Source: Laetmonice hystrix
Taxonomy: Eukaryota
Length of the DNA: 64,000 bases
Direction of reading: 5' to 3'
NCBI GenBank assembly: GCA_965235115.1
Contig: OZ249436.1
Coordinates: forward strand, 42,224,001-42,288,000
Made by a program: the position numbers and the translations under genes. Under the pieces are notes generated by a model that made no database searches, was not told the origin of the DNA, and worked only from the letters and a program-made list of their open reading frames with translations. Each line of letters starts with the position of its first letter. The stretch's first letter is position 1. Shown here one piece after another: positions 14,130 to 28,610 of this stretch.

Positions 14130-16104
14130 CAATTTTGATTTGATATTGATCCATATTTAAAATAAATGCTATCCCGAGATACGGTCGGTGCTTATGGGTT
14201 ATACATGTATATATAAAATTAATAGGCCTAAATAAATCAATTAAAAAATAACCTGTTCACAGAATCTAGTCAGCAGGTGGAGTAGGCCCTACGACATCGA
14301 TAGCCTCTACCGCCGAACCGATACAAATGGAACCAAAAATTCCTGTATTCGGATGTGACCAGATTTAAGATGTGGCAATGGCCTACGCGCCTCACTTCTG
14401 TTTTATCTATAAATATCCTAGGATGTGGATGACATGAATGAGAATAATCCATGTTTGCAGTGCTGCACTCTGTCAGATTCTTATCCTTTGTGCCCATGGC
14501 CTTCAGTGATGATAAATATTCTCACATGCTGCCTTGCATTTTCCTGTTCTTTCATTGATTATTTATTGAGTACTCTGTGCCCATGCTATCATATTAACTG
14601 TCACTAATGACGATTGTTGAGGAAATATTGCGATATCACAAAAAGTCCGAACATCTGATACAATGCACGTTCCACCGTGTCGATGCCATAGGCCAGGTAC
14701 GAGGACCTCTGAGGGTGTTTGGTGGTCTTGACCTCTGGAGGGGTTATCTGTGACCTTGACCTTTACCAAGACAGCGTTCGGTGACAATGACCCCTGTCGT
14801 GACGAGCGTCGTGGTTAGTCACCTTGACCTTCGTGACGGTGTTTGGGGCTTCAGCGTTGGGAAAAATCCCCCGACTTTTTCCTGACTTTTGCCTCCGGTA
14901 TTCCCCGACATGTATGAACCCTGAATAGTGCATTTCCATGATCGTATCCCAGTGTCTAAACCTCTGAACTTAACCCCGGCCACCTGCCCCACGCTCTTAG
15001 CGTCCTCACTGTACCAGTACCCCCCCCCCCCCTCCATCATAGTTCATGAAAAAGAAATACTCGGTATATCCTTTCAAAATGATAAATATCATTTAACTTC
15101 AAACCCAAACGGTAAGACCTACTATACAAGTAGTAGGCTACCGCTCTGGGCTGGTTGGTAGGCCTATGCCAAGTAGTGCCAGTACTGGTTTGGTAGGCCT
15201 ACCAATGGCAATATAGTGCCACTAGATCTATACCATGGTTTGCAGGCCTCCCCCGTATACCCAGCATCCGCATGATTCAACGTCAATGGAAAAGTATCAA
15301 TAAGTGTAACCATACTGTAAAATTGTAACCATTCGGCCTATTTCATGGGAACCTTTACAAATAGTTTTGTATCTGCGCTATACTCTGTCGTACCTACATC
15401 AGACATGACAGTATACGCGACCCGTAAAATTGGACTCCAATTGTCATGTCTTTAACATGAAAGTGCGCCCATACCTTGATCTATAGCAGTCAGCTCTCAT
15501 TACCATGATTGTTACCTTTTGCCAGAGTTGGGAGAAGTGACAGATTATAGTGGCAGATCCAGCAGCAGCCAGCGGTAGCGGTGATGACCTCGTGCAAGCG
15601 GTAATGGTGATGACCCCCCTATGCATGTGGCGGGAAGCATATCCTGCACACGTCCCGACACTCCCTTACATCTTCATCCTGGTCGCTCTGTGACAGCAGC
15701 TACTGATGTCTCATGTCGGCAACACCCTGGCCGCTACCGGGAAAATGGCCTACCTATATCTTTTTTTTACCCTCTCCCATAATTGTCATTCTCTGAACAT
15801 TATGACGTATGTAAATGTGGAGAACATGCATCCACTCCCAGTTAAAGAAAACAATTCTGTGATTCACCCTGAGAATCAGGACTATTTGGAGATCTAATTT
15901 TAATTTCTCATCTACAGCAGATGACAGTCAATGACCATCAGTTTGGATCCCATGATTGCTGTACGAGATATCATTAGTGGCATTTGTGGCCGCTGTATCA
16001 CTATCAGCCGTAGGCCAAAGACCTGCGTGAGGTCAAACGTGACGCTAAATTTACCCCTGGTATCTGCTATCAATGGCTGCAAGGCCATCGGCGTACTATC
16101 GATG

Positions 16105-16433
16105 TCTGACACACACCGAGATTCACCTGTTCTGTTGATCCATGATTATAGAGAGCACTCCAGGGCCAGAGGCCCGCCCCAGCAGGTGTCAATACCAGGC
16201 GGTTCACCAATCTAACCGAGATTGACGGGAGATTTAACCTGGGTCTGTACCTAACCTAGAGTTTCATCGTAGTTCTGACACAGACCGAGACTCACCTGTT
16301 CTGTTGATCCATGATTATAGAGAGCACTCCAGGGCCAGAGGCCCGCCCCAGCAGGTGTCAATACCATGCAGTTCACCAATCTAACCGAGATTGACGGGAG
16401 ATTTAACCTGGGTCTGTACCTAACCTAGAGTTT
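16105..16433. repeat. Tandem duplication, 169-bp period, 2 copies
   Basis: TCTGACAC..ACCGAGA(T/C)TCACCTGTTCTG...CTAACCTAGAGTTT occurs at 16105 and 16274 with few mismatches. Confidence 0.95.
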
Positions 16434-19400
16434 GATCACAGTGCGAGGGTGTTACCCAGTCATCCGGGGGGGGGGGGTAGCTATTAGGCTAGGAGGCACA
16501 GTCTTCAAGACGCCTAATAAAACTACCCTAACTGATATCAGAATTCACGCCCCCCCCCCTCCCCATCCACACACCCACACATATCTAAAGTGGTCTCACA
16601 ACATTGAACCTATCCGTTTCTGGAACCATTTCTCCTTCACCCCCCCCCCCCCCCAATAATGAACACACAGGTGACAAGTACCACTTGATCGTTCTCCCCA
16701 TGCGCACGCCGCTAACGTTGACCCCCATACTATACTACAGCTTAAGTGTTTCGGTGGGGGAAAACACTATACTATATCTATCTATAAAAAGTGTCGTTTT
16801 AATTCACGAGTACATTACAGTTTTGCCCTTCCAATATTCGAAATCTGATGACATTTACAACGAAATATTCAAACAGCCTGCAATACATTAACCGGTTAAA
16901 TTTAGCAACCCACTGTCGTAATTATGTGTTAAATTTAAAAAAAAAGAAATTTCTGTTTGTCATTCCGTTTTTAAGGTGCCACCCTGCAGGGGAAAACATG
17001 TTATAACAGTTTTTATTTATATTTCCTAATGAAAATTATTGATCTGTGTTCTTTGGCGACCAAGGTGCTTATAGTCCGGTTACACTGCTATCCAATAGGG
17101 TTCAGGTGTTGTATTCATTACGCTGCACACTCTCCGACCCCCTCCTCAGTCAGCATCAATAACATGACTGACACCCAGAGTGCTGACCGGCATGGCTGAT
17201 GGCGACGTGCCGTGATGAGAGGCAGGCCAGACACCAGAACTGCCAACATCGGGTGTCCCGCCTTTCAGCTGGTAACTCTTGCTTCTTGTACCTCGCCTTC
17301 ACCGTGCTGCAGGAGACAAAATAAAACTTGGGGGGGGGGGGCAAGGGGGAGGGGGGGCAAGGGATACCCAAAAATAAAGCTGACATCATTCCTTGCCGAC
17401 AAAATAAACAGTTCCAAAGCATTTATAAGCCGACACGGGCCTTATAAAGGATACCAGCTTTCGGTATTTATTGCCATCGTTTACCAGTCCTTAACTGACT
17501 TGCCTCTCTTCTTTTGTATTTCTATATCTAAAAATAATTTCCGACTGGCAGATACTAATTAACTACATAATATCAAAGATGGATAATGGAGTGCATTTCT
17601 GAATATCATGCATGCAGTCCGATAACAATGTATACATGGTAATGACTGCCATCTGCCTTGAAGCAACTATATATAGCAAAACATCGTCACCGGAAACTGG
17701 AAGATTTGTTTCTTCTTCATCTGAATAGAAAAAAAAAATTACGGTTCAGAAATAATATACAGTGAACGACACAATCTTTATGGGGGAACTAGAGACTGTT
17801 GGCAGGTGAATTTAAATTAATTTGCACACCCAAAAAACGCGTTCTCTTAATTGTGACTGGATCATATTAGTGATTAAGCGGTCAAGTTGGATCACATTTA
17901 ACTGATTTAATTAAGCCCCAATCATTCCCAAAAGTCGCATTCTATGTCTTAAAAATGGTTAATTTGATCAGAATCAGAAACAGGGTTAGCTTCGTTCATC
18001 ACAGTTCTCTGTTTACCAAGCGTCCTAATGCTGAGCATAATTATCTCCACAATTACGATCCCCATCTCACGTCGTGACCAAATTTCCGAATGCGGGTTTT
18101 AATTAAATGTGTGATATAAGAATTCAGTTACCCCGGGTATAAGATGAAAATCTATTCTGCACACATTAACGTAAGGTTAAAAATGTTCTTATTATCTTAT
18201 GATCTAACAGAGAAATTGTCAGGTTGTAGGCGTATAAACGTTTGGCCGTCGTCCACATACGACAGACGGGACCTTGTTAGGGTTCCAATCCCTATTGGCT
18301 GTTTCTAAAACAGACATTACCATTTCCAGTTGGACCGGAACACTATTTAATAGCTTAATTACTGATATGTTACTTACAACGTGAACTTAATGGACAATTT
18401 GAAAGGCAATATTTTATTTTCCATATATAGGCCTATCACCTATCTTTTACGCAAACCAAAACCGAGTCGCAGAAAATAATGAAACACCAATAATCACAAT
18501 TCAATTTCATCTTTCAACTGCACGGGCAATCTGCAAACCGTTTCTCATTGGACGCCATTGGATAAATAGCTTGCGTTCTGAATGAATATCTTTCAGTTAC
18601 ATGTGCACGTCTAAAGTATTTCCTAACAATCCCAATTTTACCGGTAGGAGTTTTGCTAATCCTCCTATATTTGGGTAGATTCCACAATTAGTTGGACTGT
18701 TACACCGTGAAGAGGCGCGTCCTTCCTTGGCGCACGTAATGAGCGTAATTAGGAGAATGTGCCGACGATTCGTGCTCACAGCTTGTGACGTGGTAAGATA
18801 GATGTAACAGGACAACACCTCCAGGGGTACGACCCATTCCGTCTCTCCTCCCTCCTAAAATTCGGCACTGAACCCCAAACATCTCCCCTTTTTCTTACTC
18901 TCATAATCTCATTTTAATTAGTCTGTCCTCATTCTCTATATCACTGGCACCGTGACTCACCTAAATAAAGACTATAGATGTTCCTAATCGTTCAACAGTA
19001 TGGACTATAGGACTGCAACTGGTCAATAACAATCGGATTTGGCAATATAATATCCCCCACCCCCGTCATTTTCGAATTAAGGTTGTGTAACTATTTCATT
19101 TTCAGATATATGCCATATAGAGAAAACCTCATACAGATGGTTAAATAATAAGAAAACTGTGAATGTAATTTACAGTAGTTCAAGGCCTGTCATTGTTGAT
19201 CATCTCACGTTAATACCCGCTACAGTCTGCACTTTAAAGACGATTTTCTAAAGGTTTTTCTCCCCAGTATTACGACTATTTTCAGTATTAAATTATCACT
19301 TTCATCATCTCCGCCACAGAGTTAAAGATGCCATTATCAGGTGAACCATTCACTTTGGCCTAAATGTATTGTAAAAAGTAAAGGTCATTGGCATAGGCCA

Positions 19401-20259
19401 CAGTTATAGGAGCCCAGACTGCACAAGCTGACTGACTTTCACCACTAAACTATACAAGACCTAATTACATGTATACAACTCGGAAAAGGACTTTCACCCG
19501 GCTTTGACGCCAAAAAAAAACAAAAACAATCGAGCCAGGAAAATGAAAGTATTCAGCTGGGATTGTGTGTGTTGATAATCTACAATATATACTACCCTGC
19601 ATGTTTAACGTTTAGCCCCGAGTTTTATGATCGTACAAGAGGATTCCTTTCAGCTCTTGACCTGTGGCAGTTAGTGGGCCCATAAACTAGATAACCTTCC
19701 AGTATGTTTATGTGACAATGTCTCATTCCCTTCTGCTTGAAGACTTTCAAGTCCAGGCTCTTTTGACTGCACATGTAACAGCCTGGTTGTGCCATCATCC
19801 ACATCCACAGACATGCCAAGTCTCTCGCATTCGGCGACGACTCACACGCAGTTATAAATCTTCTTTTACGATCTCCCGCTAAGGCCAAGAAGCTCCGACA
19901 TTCTGACCGATTTCTTTCTCTTTTATTCACCTTACAGCCATATATATAGTGTCTATGGAAATTTTCCTTTCCTTGCGATCAGTATGAGTGGCACAAGAGA
20001 AATTCCAAATCTTCAAGTCAAAAAACGCCCTATATACTGTAAGAAGAAAACAGCTGCCCTAAAAACTCACAATTTGATATTAATTTTTACCCGATATTTC
20101 AGGAGAAGATTCCTCCGGGCCCCTAGCATGCCCTTACGACCCTTCATTTATGACTCTTCCCTCTTTTTCCAGAGCAGCAACTTAGCATTGTGCAGGCCGT
20201 CTCTGCACCATCATTGCACGTGCGATACCGGTTGACAGACTACTGGGAGCACGTAACGT

Positions 20260-20620
20260 ATCGGTGTAACCCTTGACAGCTGCCTCACATTTTCTAAACA
20301 CATTTCAAACCTTATAAAAATTCTCAATCACAATTAAAGCATATACTTATTGAATAAGGTTCGTCCTAACTTGAACAAAGAGGCTAGTATCATCATTTAT
20401 AAGTCAATGATTTGATAATGCCATACATAGATTATGGAGATCTTTTATTCTGCCTCATCTCAAAATCTATTAGATAAAATTCAGCGCATTCAAAACCGCT
20501 GTCTTAAAATCTGTCTACGATCTGACCCACCCCCTACGGTTAGCCAAACTCACTCCTCGCTAAAGTTACGGGAATCGCATCTACTAAACTTTGTGTTTTC
20601 AAGAACGAAACAAAGCCATT
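20260..20620 (+). pseudogene. Decayed non-LTR retrotransposon (CR1/L2-group LINE) ORF2 C-terminal fragment
   Basis: Translates with stops and frameshifts as GVTLDSCLTFSKHISNLIK...LLNKVRPNLNKEASIIIYKSMI..PYIDYGD..YSASSQNLLDKIQRIQNRCLKIC. This is the typical post-RT region of CR1/L2-type ORF2. Confidence 0.8.
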
Positions 20621-21056
20621 AATTAATCTCATATTCTTATCCTACCTACCATCTTACCCTGACCACACCCTTACAACTAGTACCGTTTGTTCGTAAAATG
20701 CTATCTTGGGTCTTTGATTGATCCAACCTATCATACCACCCATCTATCGCGGAAATTATAGGTACCGATGTTTTGATGAATGTGCCTTGAAATATATGTA
20801 TAACGGCTGCTCATATATAAGGAAGAAAGGTGACTTATATGCGCCTAGAGTAACCAGGATAAAAATATGCATGCTTCCACATCTAGGAGCACATATATTT
20901 CATAATGTAACCCACTCCCGTATAGCACGGTCATCGATTGACATACCAGGCCCTAGGATACGAGTACTGGTAGGCTACACACCTATCGTATCCATTCACG
21001 CATGACACAGAAACCATGACAAGAATGATCAGTCAAGTGAGCTCCGCCAGCCTTAC

Positions 21057-21650
21057 CTAAATAAGGCCATGCACACTCCCTGTTCACTTCACAATCCGGC
21101 TCAAATTGAAAAACCCTACCTCAGGCAAAGTTGTAGGTCAATTACTTGTGGCCTCGCGGGTCAGCTCTGGAAGGGGGACTGGCAGGAGATATTCCAGGAC
21201 AACGCGTCAGATCAAGAAGGCTGGATCAATGCCAAGGCAGAGTACTCCAGTAGAGGCATGGGCCGGTCCGATGTCAACAGAGCAGGCGAGGTTCGGTTGT
21301 AGGTCAGTGGTGTGGGGCTGGCTGAATGAGTCTGGCTGCTTCAGGATGGTTTCCACTGCCGGAGGAGGAGTTTCTATGGGAGCCACCTCAGTAGGGCTGC
21401 TGCTGCTGCTGCCGCTGTGCAGTGGGAAATCTGCATGAGACTCCACGTGCTCCGCGCTCGGGTAGTACGGTGGCGGCGGCGGCGGTGTGCGTGCATGCGG
21501 ATGTGGTCTTGATGACCTTGAGGAGACCACGTCGACTTGACCCCGAACCCTTTTTGATGTAAATGTTTGGTAGGTCGAGGTGGTGCTGGTGGCAGGGAGG
21601 GGGAATCGCGGAGCCCATCCTCAGTGGCCTGCTGGGTCATTTTCCCATCT
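21057..21650 (-). other. Candidate GC-rich first exon (long 5' UTR with CCG/CAG runs, coding MALF-)
   Basis: GC-rich non-repeat island ending ATGGCCTTATTTAG|GTAAGG. All longer ORFs in the island stop before the donor. Confidence 0.25.
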
Positions 21651-24103
21651 GACCCACCCTATTCAGGAAGAGTATTTGTGCCAGGCCTTTCTTTGACTCT
21701 TAAAAAAAGCACCTGCTTATCTGACAAGGACACAGTAAACACCTGCCCATGTGCGGCGTTCGTGTTATTGGCATACAAACAGTAGCAAGTCTAGACTTGC
21801 AATATAAACCTCATGACTAACTCTTTACAGCTAAGCCGCCATCATAGGTGCGCGCCCACGGCATCCCACTGAACAAGAAGAACCCCTTCGCTCCAGTCTA
21901 AGTGATGGATGGCCCTTCGTCCCTGACTCCACTATCTACGTTTATTTGGGAACGTAATGAACGGGACCAAAATTAATAGATATAACAGCAGTTTTCCGAC
22001 CGTTGCTATGAAGCAGCAACATCATTAGCCGAGTTCTCTGCAGTCTTCCGTCAATAATCAATCAATCCCTACAGGCTTTATAAGCGTGCATGGTTTTCTC
22101 TTCTAGATGGAGACTATACGTCAAAGTACAGTAACGACTCCTCCTTGACCGACATAATATTGGTATGACTAGTTACCAACAGACAGGGTCGGGCCAAGAT
22201 CACCTATCACCAACTACACCTGTGAAGGTCACGCATGGTTAGCTTGCCAAGTATTCACACTCATCAGCACATCCCCTCGATCATGGATTTCTATTGAGTA
22301 AATTTATAACTATACGAATAATACAAAGAGGACAAGGAGAATTTTTTATGACACATAGAGCGTGCCTGTAACAGTGTACTACTAAATGCGTGAACCATGC
22401 CCTGAATGGATGAGTTATAATAGCGTTGCCATTGGCGGGGAGATTGAATGCGTTGCGGCAGTTATAAGGTCAAGTATTTATAGAGAAGCTGGACGATGGG
22501 CAGTAGAGGAGCATTTCGTGTCTTCTCCCACACTCATCTGAATGAAACCTGTCAAAAGGAGAATGTGGGCGTTGGTAGGGGGTGGGGGTCGGGTGCATGA
22601 ATGCTTGCCTATAGGTGAAAGCTCCAATCGCATGTCCCGGTATGTGCCATTAGTGTATGCACTCAGGAGTCCTCCACAAGTGGTCACGTTGCAGACAGAT
22701 TTTTCTCTTTATTCAGGCTACATTTAGTATCAGGTTCAATGTTTAATTATCTTGGTACTATACCAAAAATACCGACGCAGATTACAATGTTAATACATTA
22801 AACTAACGTATAATTAGTACCATCCAACTTATGGGAAATGACGTTGACGTAAGCAAGTATACGCACTCAAAGTAACACAATAATAGGAACTACTGTATAC
22901 CTTTCTAAATTTACAATTAAGACATCAATTAAAGGCGTATGCAAATCTGATAGCGTTAACGTAATATGACACGTGCCTTAAACTTAGAATAATCTTCTAG
23001 ACTTTAGCTTTTAGTTTCTCAAACATTCTCTTTACTACGAAATTCCTCAATTCCAAGCGCTTCTACCACCCACATAAATGCAGACCGTGTTCTGATCAAA
23101 TTTCGAACAGCTACATTTTGCTCTTGCAAGGGAAACCAGAAAGTTCAGCAGATAAAAAACCTACACCATTCCTACAGATTAATGTGAAGTTTCTGGACGT
23201 GAACTTAGTCGGCAGACTAATCGTATACAGGCCGGCATGATTAAGACAGGAGACTTTAAAATCCAAGTTAATACGATTGCTCAAACAGCAAGTGCTGACA
23301 GCAGGAAATGTCGATAAGTGTACTGTCTCTGGATTCTTGTCCGTGTAGCCTTTGCCAAGGGTGCTAGCCTTCTGGTGTATAGTAAGGATAATGTTACTGT
23401 CATGGACATGGTGCACAGCGTGGCTTTGATGTGTGATTCGATATCATCCTAAATCAATAACTGACGCCATAACTGCTCAATATTTAGCTATATAGCTATA
23501 GCGTTGTCTGACTACTCGGTGGACAATCTGAGAAAGCGAACCCGATTAAAAAAAAACATTCTCTATGACAACGCGCAATGATATCAGGTGCAGGTGGTGA
23601 CATGCAGTTGTGGTGTGTTAATTCAATTCAATACATAACTTACTTTATAACATAACTGACTTCTGAATATTTATTTATGACCACATTCCATGACAACAAT
23701 GTACCTATCGACTCATCGCACCCAACACGATAATATCTCAGCAATATCTCTTAGCTTCGGAAAGATGCGATAATTTCGTTGTGGCAAGTGCAAGTCTGTT
23801 TTTACGGATTCATTTGCCCAAATAACAGATGATGATGATGATGATGAGTGACCCCAAAAGTCATGACAATTTAAAGTATCTCACTTATTGAATACCTGGG
23901 CCTGTATAAGGACAAATCTGAGAGAAAAGAGACCTCCGTTATAACGTAGCAGTCCTCGTGTTTATTTGCCATCCTACTAGATCAGCAGCAGCATCTCCGA
24001 CATGCGAGATTTTGAAATATCTCTTCAACACGGGAAGTGCCCCCTGACTGGGTCCCTTGGCCTGGCTGGCTGACTGACTGATTCCACATTAACCTACTCG
24101 GGC

Positions 24104-24166
24104 TGTAAGCAGTGGCTGTCACAGCAGCCGACTCGGGCAAACACATAGCCTGATTAGGGCCTTCTC
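24104..24166 (+). repeat. 63-bp dispersed module, copy A (inverted copy at 32028-32090)
   Basis: TGTAAGCAGTGGCTGTCACAGCAGCCGACTCGGGCAAACACATAGCCTGATTAGGGCCTTCTC matches the reverse complement of 32028-32090 with 4 mismatches. Confidence 0.9.
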
Positions 24167-26320
24167 GTTCCCTCACCATTGCTCTCATACATCATACCGC
24201 CATCCCAGGAGAGGAAGATGACCACCTGACACCACTGTCCATGCCACCACGCCCACGTGCTACAGACGCTTCGCAGATTTGACTGCTTGGCCACCACTAT
24301 TGCTCATTACTCCCTCTCAAAGTCCAATTTCCAAAGTCATGTTCGTTTGAGGGTCAGTCTCGGCGTAGCTACTACGTTGGCCATATTTTAGGATTCAGGA
24401 TTTCCAGAAGGCCAGAAACCCAGATACAATTTGGGACTCCGTTAGCAGGGCTACACGTTCCTTCTTCAAATTTCAAGGCTGAGCCCTGTACAGATCCTAC
24501 GTGCCCTTCGTTCAGTTTGTACTGCGGATATTTATGGCTAAGGTCAAATGTCCAGAATTATGGCCGCTATAGTTACATAGAGACCTAGTGTTGTAACCGT
24601 CTGTGTTTTGTTGTCAGTCTGGCCGTGGATCAGATCGGGGTATTTCCCACCATCACATACGCCGATATAATCATACTGGCACTCGATTCTGGCTTATGTC
24701 ACGAGTTGTCTGCACATCACCCTACTGCTGATATTTTGCAAGTGATTCTATCATCCAATAATAATGATGATTAAGAAAGACGCGCAATAAATGGCATAAC
24801 ATAGTTCAATATATCTCCAGAATTATAAGGGAGGAATACAAAAAAATATATATATAAGGCAATAATAATAATTATGTCGGAGAAATAAACTTCATATCAT
24901 AGAAATGACACACGTCATTGGAAATCACGGCGACACATATCCGTTACATAATTATAGCCATAAATATCCCTGCTGAAAACCTGCCCAGCTGCAGTTACCA
25001 ATTTTAACATTATAAGGTTATCAGTTCACATAACATTGATGAAAGGTTTTCATTATTGCCACTGAATTTGAACTCTACCAATGTCAATATTTAATAACAC
25101 ACGTATCAGTTTTGCTGATACTAACTTTGACATTAATGATATTATGTTCATCGTTTTATTTCTACCATAACAAGCAAACAAGATTGATTCACATCACGTA
25201 CATGCTCAAATATGATTTCAGTTGGCAAAGCTAAACCGATAGGTTAACCCTATACATGTATATATTATGGTATATGAGCAGAACACATTTCTGAAGGCTG
25301 CAAACCATGCCCTCCGAATGGGGCTGATTAAAATAAAAAGAGAAAAACCAACCTCCAACACTTCTTCATATTCCTGTGTTTCTCCGAAATTGATTAAATC
25401 ATAAACAGTTTCGTAAAATTAAACTATTGCATGGCAAAGCCAGTGATCTCCACTTTATAGGTTTTAGAAAGATAAATCCAAACGACCATTTTAATTATAA
25501 AACAATAATGTCCAGGTCCAAACAATGGTACTGAATCCGTGTCGAAGTGGGTTGTGGTCTAAGGGTGCCAAAGATACACTACCTCTGGGAGCGGTAGTAC
25601 AGTCCTGCACACACACCCCCCCCCCCCCCCCCCCCGAAATCTGTTAAATGTAGGGCCCTATTTCATGCTATCTGATGCATTATGCAAAAGATTTTAAGGC
25701 ATGAGCTTATTTGATGCATGAACTCAGTACATTTGACAAACGCAGTTCATCTTCAAAACACTAAAATTACAGATAGCCATTATTAGAAGTACAGCCTTCA
25801 GGCCTGTAAGTTAAGCATGTGTGCGGGAGTCTAGTCTCTGAATGTTACAGCTCTAGGCCTAGGGGCTAAATCCTAGAGCGTTTTCCAACGCTGGGTGAAC
25901 AGACAAAGGGGGGGGGGGGGGTACGCCGGTACGCCCTCTGGTGCCCACGTCACTGCATTCAGTTCAACTGTTCCCGTCAATATGATGAGGCAGTAGAACA
26001 CTGTACTCGGGATAGAAGTTACCCGTCCAGGTGTTCGCTGCCCCAAGTTGACCGCGTTCTGCGGCATGCTATTAATACGTTTTATCTGCCAGTATCAGCA
26101 GGGCGCCAGCCCCTACACGTCGCATGCCTACTGATCAGATAGACCCAATGATCAGCCATTCCCACGTGCCCCTCCCCCGGACGCTACGTTGGTGTGCGTT
26201 TACAAAATGGATCAATTGGTCCACTTTGTCTTGCGTGAGGCAGAATACAAATGAGAACGTCGTCAGACTAACTCGATCCTACAATTATAAATCTTCCACG
26301 GAAAGGATAACTACTTATAG

Positions 26321-26679
26321 TGAACTATCCTGCTATCTCGATTGGGAAGTATGACTCCAACTCCGTTGTTCCAGGGTAGTATATGTATTTTAATGGTCGA
26401 GATGCACAGGTATAGAACTAATACTGACTCTGATTTCTCAGGTAGAGAAATCTTTCTTATATACACGTAGTGGTTGCTCAGGGATCAGTGCTACGGCAAC
26501 TGTCCATGGCTACATATACACAAACTTAAAACATTATACTGCTGGTAACCATTAAACCTTGGTTACCAATACATTCTTATAATTTATGGTTATATTACTT
26601 TACATAATCCGGATATTAACTGGCTTAGACATGTATGTATATAGTAAACTTGTCAGGGGAGGGAAACCTGGCCATGACA
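26321..26679 (-). repeat. 3' LTR
   Basis: Appears identical by eye to 28612-28970. Preceded on the minus strand by the PPT at 26680-26691. Confidence 0.95.
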
Positions 26680-27783
26680 TCATCCCCTCCCTGGGAGAAA
26701 TGATCCTCCGGGATCGAACTTAAATTATCTGAGAAAGAACTATTTAATAATAACTTGTAAAATGTTATAAGGGTTGATGAAAGTCACCTCCGATTTCACA
26801 ACACTCAATCGGAATATTTACAAAAACATTTAAAAGACAACGACAGAAAATAACGAGGCTCGCACAGGAATATAAAATGACTACATGCCTCCTTAGTACT
26901 ACCTTAAATATACGGCGTTCACCTAATATATCGACACTATTACCGGTATAATATCAACACTGTTACTGGTATCTAGTTGTATTCGTGTCGAGACGAGAAC
27001 ATAAAAACGTTAAAATAGTATAAATCTTAAAGAAAAACGCTGAGACATATCAAGGACCCGGTATATCAAAAGAAAACTTGCGGAGAGTCTCGGGAATTCC
27101 TGAGCATCAACGCCTTCCACTTCCAAAATTCTGACTCTTGGCTGTCAGTCCTCCTCGGAGACCTTTTTTCGTCCCCGAACTTATAACTGGGTGCATTCTT
27201 GCTCCCCACAAACAGCTGGCGGTTAACACAATGGTACACACTTAACGCTCACGGCCCAGTCGTTCCCGGAGGAGTAAAGGCAGTTTAAGTGAAGTTCAGA
27301 GTTAACACGTGGCTTTAAATACCACATGTCCTCTGAATAAATAATAAGTGGTGCCGCTCACTTTAAAGTAAGACGGCTCCGTATTGGTTAAAAGAAAAAT
27401 GATAATACATATCCGTCCACGGATGGCTGGATCCTTGCCACCCTAGGACGGCGACCTATGGGAAACTGACCAGCAGTTTTCCCAAGCATAAAAATTAATT
27501 GCCTCCCTTTACAAAATGTAGGAAACCTTCACACCTCTCGGGAGTTTTGACTGGCCATACGGGCGTATTACTCGTGCGATTACCGCACTTTGCTTTTGTG
27601 GACCCGGCAATAAAAAGGTTGTTACACGTGGGCGAATGTGTGGTCAGGTGGATTATGGCATTGTCACTTAGGAGCTTGGCCTTTGCGAGTACTGGCTTGC
27701 TTATAGCTGGTTATAATGTCCGTTTAAATAACTTGACATATATGTTAAATTTGTAGGGTTTACACTTGCTTGAACACATAGAG

Positions 27784-28557
27784 TTATGAGGCGTTCACAG
27801 TCTTTTTCCACCCTGGGATCCATTTGTTTAAGTCTTCCACTTCACTACAGGCAACCCATTCATTTTCTGATTCTAGGCTCTCAATACGCTGCTTACATTG
27901 GGTTAGCTCTTTTGACAGTCCTGTATTATCACTGGAAATCTTGTGGATTTGGCTCTGTATGTCTTTTTTCAGTTTAATATTTTCGGTCGACAGACGCCTG
28001 ATCTCTGATGTCAACTCATCAGGTGTTGTAGGTTTGGACTCCATTTGTTCTTCAATCACCTTCTTTAACGTCTGCAGCTCCAATTGCAATTGGGAGAGTT
28101 CGGTCCTGAGCTGGTGACACTCACATGGAGGATTGGTGGTTGTTTGTGTCTCCTGGTCAGCCAGAGCGATAGGCGAACATGAGAGTTTGCTTGTCATCTC
28201 TGCCACAAGAGGCATAGATCTACCCTCGGACAAAACACTGACCTGGCTGGTTCGCTGTATTGTCTGCTGCGACTTTCCCTGTCCGACTGTCGCTGGAGTC
28301 TTCCGCCGCTGGTTCTGCTTGTGGCGTGGCGTCTGTTGGCGGGGCAGTTTGTTGGGCTGTGGCTTTCTTGATGATCTTCTCTTCGGCATCCATTCTTGTC
28401 TTTGGGGCTTAACAGGTGCAGAAGCCCTAGTGAAACACTTTCTGGCATAGTGTCCAGGCCTGCCACATTTGTAGCATACCTGACCATAGGCTGGACACTG
28501 GTGTTGAGCTGTCCAAAGCCATCCACAGCGATAACAATCGTCCCTCCATTTTATCAT
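27784..28557 (-). CDS. Zinc-knuckle / basic / coiled-coil protein of the LTR element (257 aa from first ATG)
   Basis: Uninterrupted ORF. The track start at 28611 is a TTG; the first ATG is at 28557. It contains CYRCGWLWTAQHQCPAYGQVCYKCGRPGHYARKC (one variant and one canonical CX2CX4HX4C knuckle), a K/R/Q-rich linker, and heptad-rich segments (LRTELSQLQLELQTLKK, LSKELTQCKQRIESLE). Confidence 0.8.
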   Translation of the reverse strand: MIKWRDDCYRCGWLWTAQHQCPAYGQVCYKCGRPGHYARKCFTRASAPVKPQRQEWMPKRRSSRKPQPNKLPRQQTPRHKQNQRRKTPATVGQGKSQQTIQRTSQVSVLSEGRSMPLVAEMTSKLSCSPIALADQETQTTTNPPCECHQLRTELSQLQLELQTLKKVIEEQMESKPTTPDELTSEIRRLSTENIKLKKDIQSQIHKISSDNTGLSKELTQCKQRIESLESENEWVACSEVEDLNKWIPGWKKTVNAS

Positions 28558-28592
28558 GTCTTCAGGTACGGGAAAGCGTGTAAAGTTTACAC

Positions 28593-28610
28593 TACCCGGG
28601 TTCTCCACCA
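28593..28610 (-). promoter_or_regulatory. Primer binding site, probably tRNA-Ala
   Basis: TGGTGGAGAACCCGGGTA, 1 nt after the LTR, is complementary to a tRNA 3' end ...TTCTCCACCA, as recalled for animal tRNA-Ala. Confidence 0.75.

Noticed and set aside
16605..16640. Minus-strand VKEKWFQKR resembling homeodomain helix 3
   Set aside because: It lacks the invariant Asn (WFQNRR), and no other homeodomain residues or exon context are present. Chance match.
21106..21785. Overlapping 70-110-aa ORFs on both strands in a GC-rich island
   Set aside because: Low-complexity products in several frames, each closed by stops, with no homology. Better explained as a GC-rich UTR or regulatory island.
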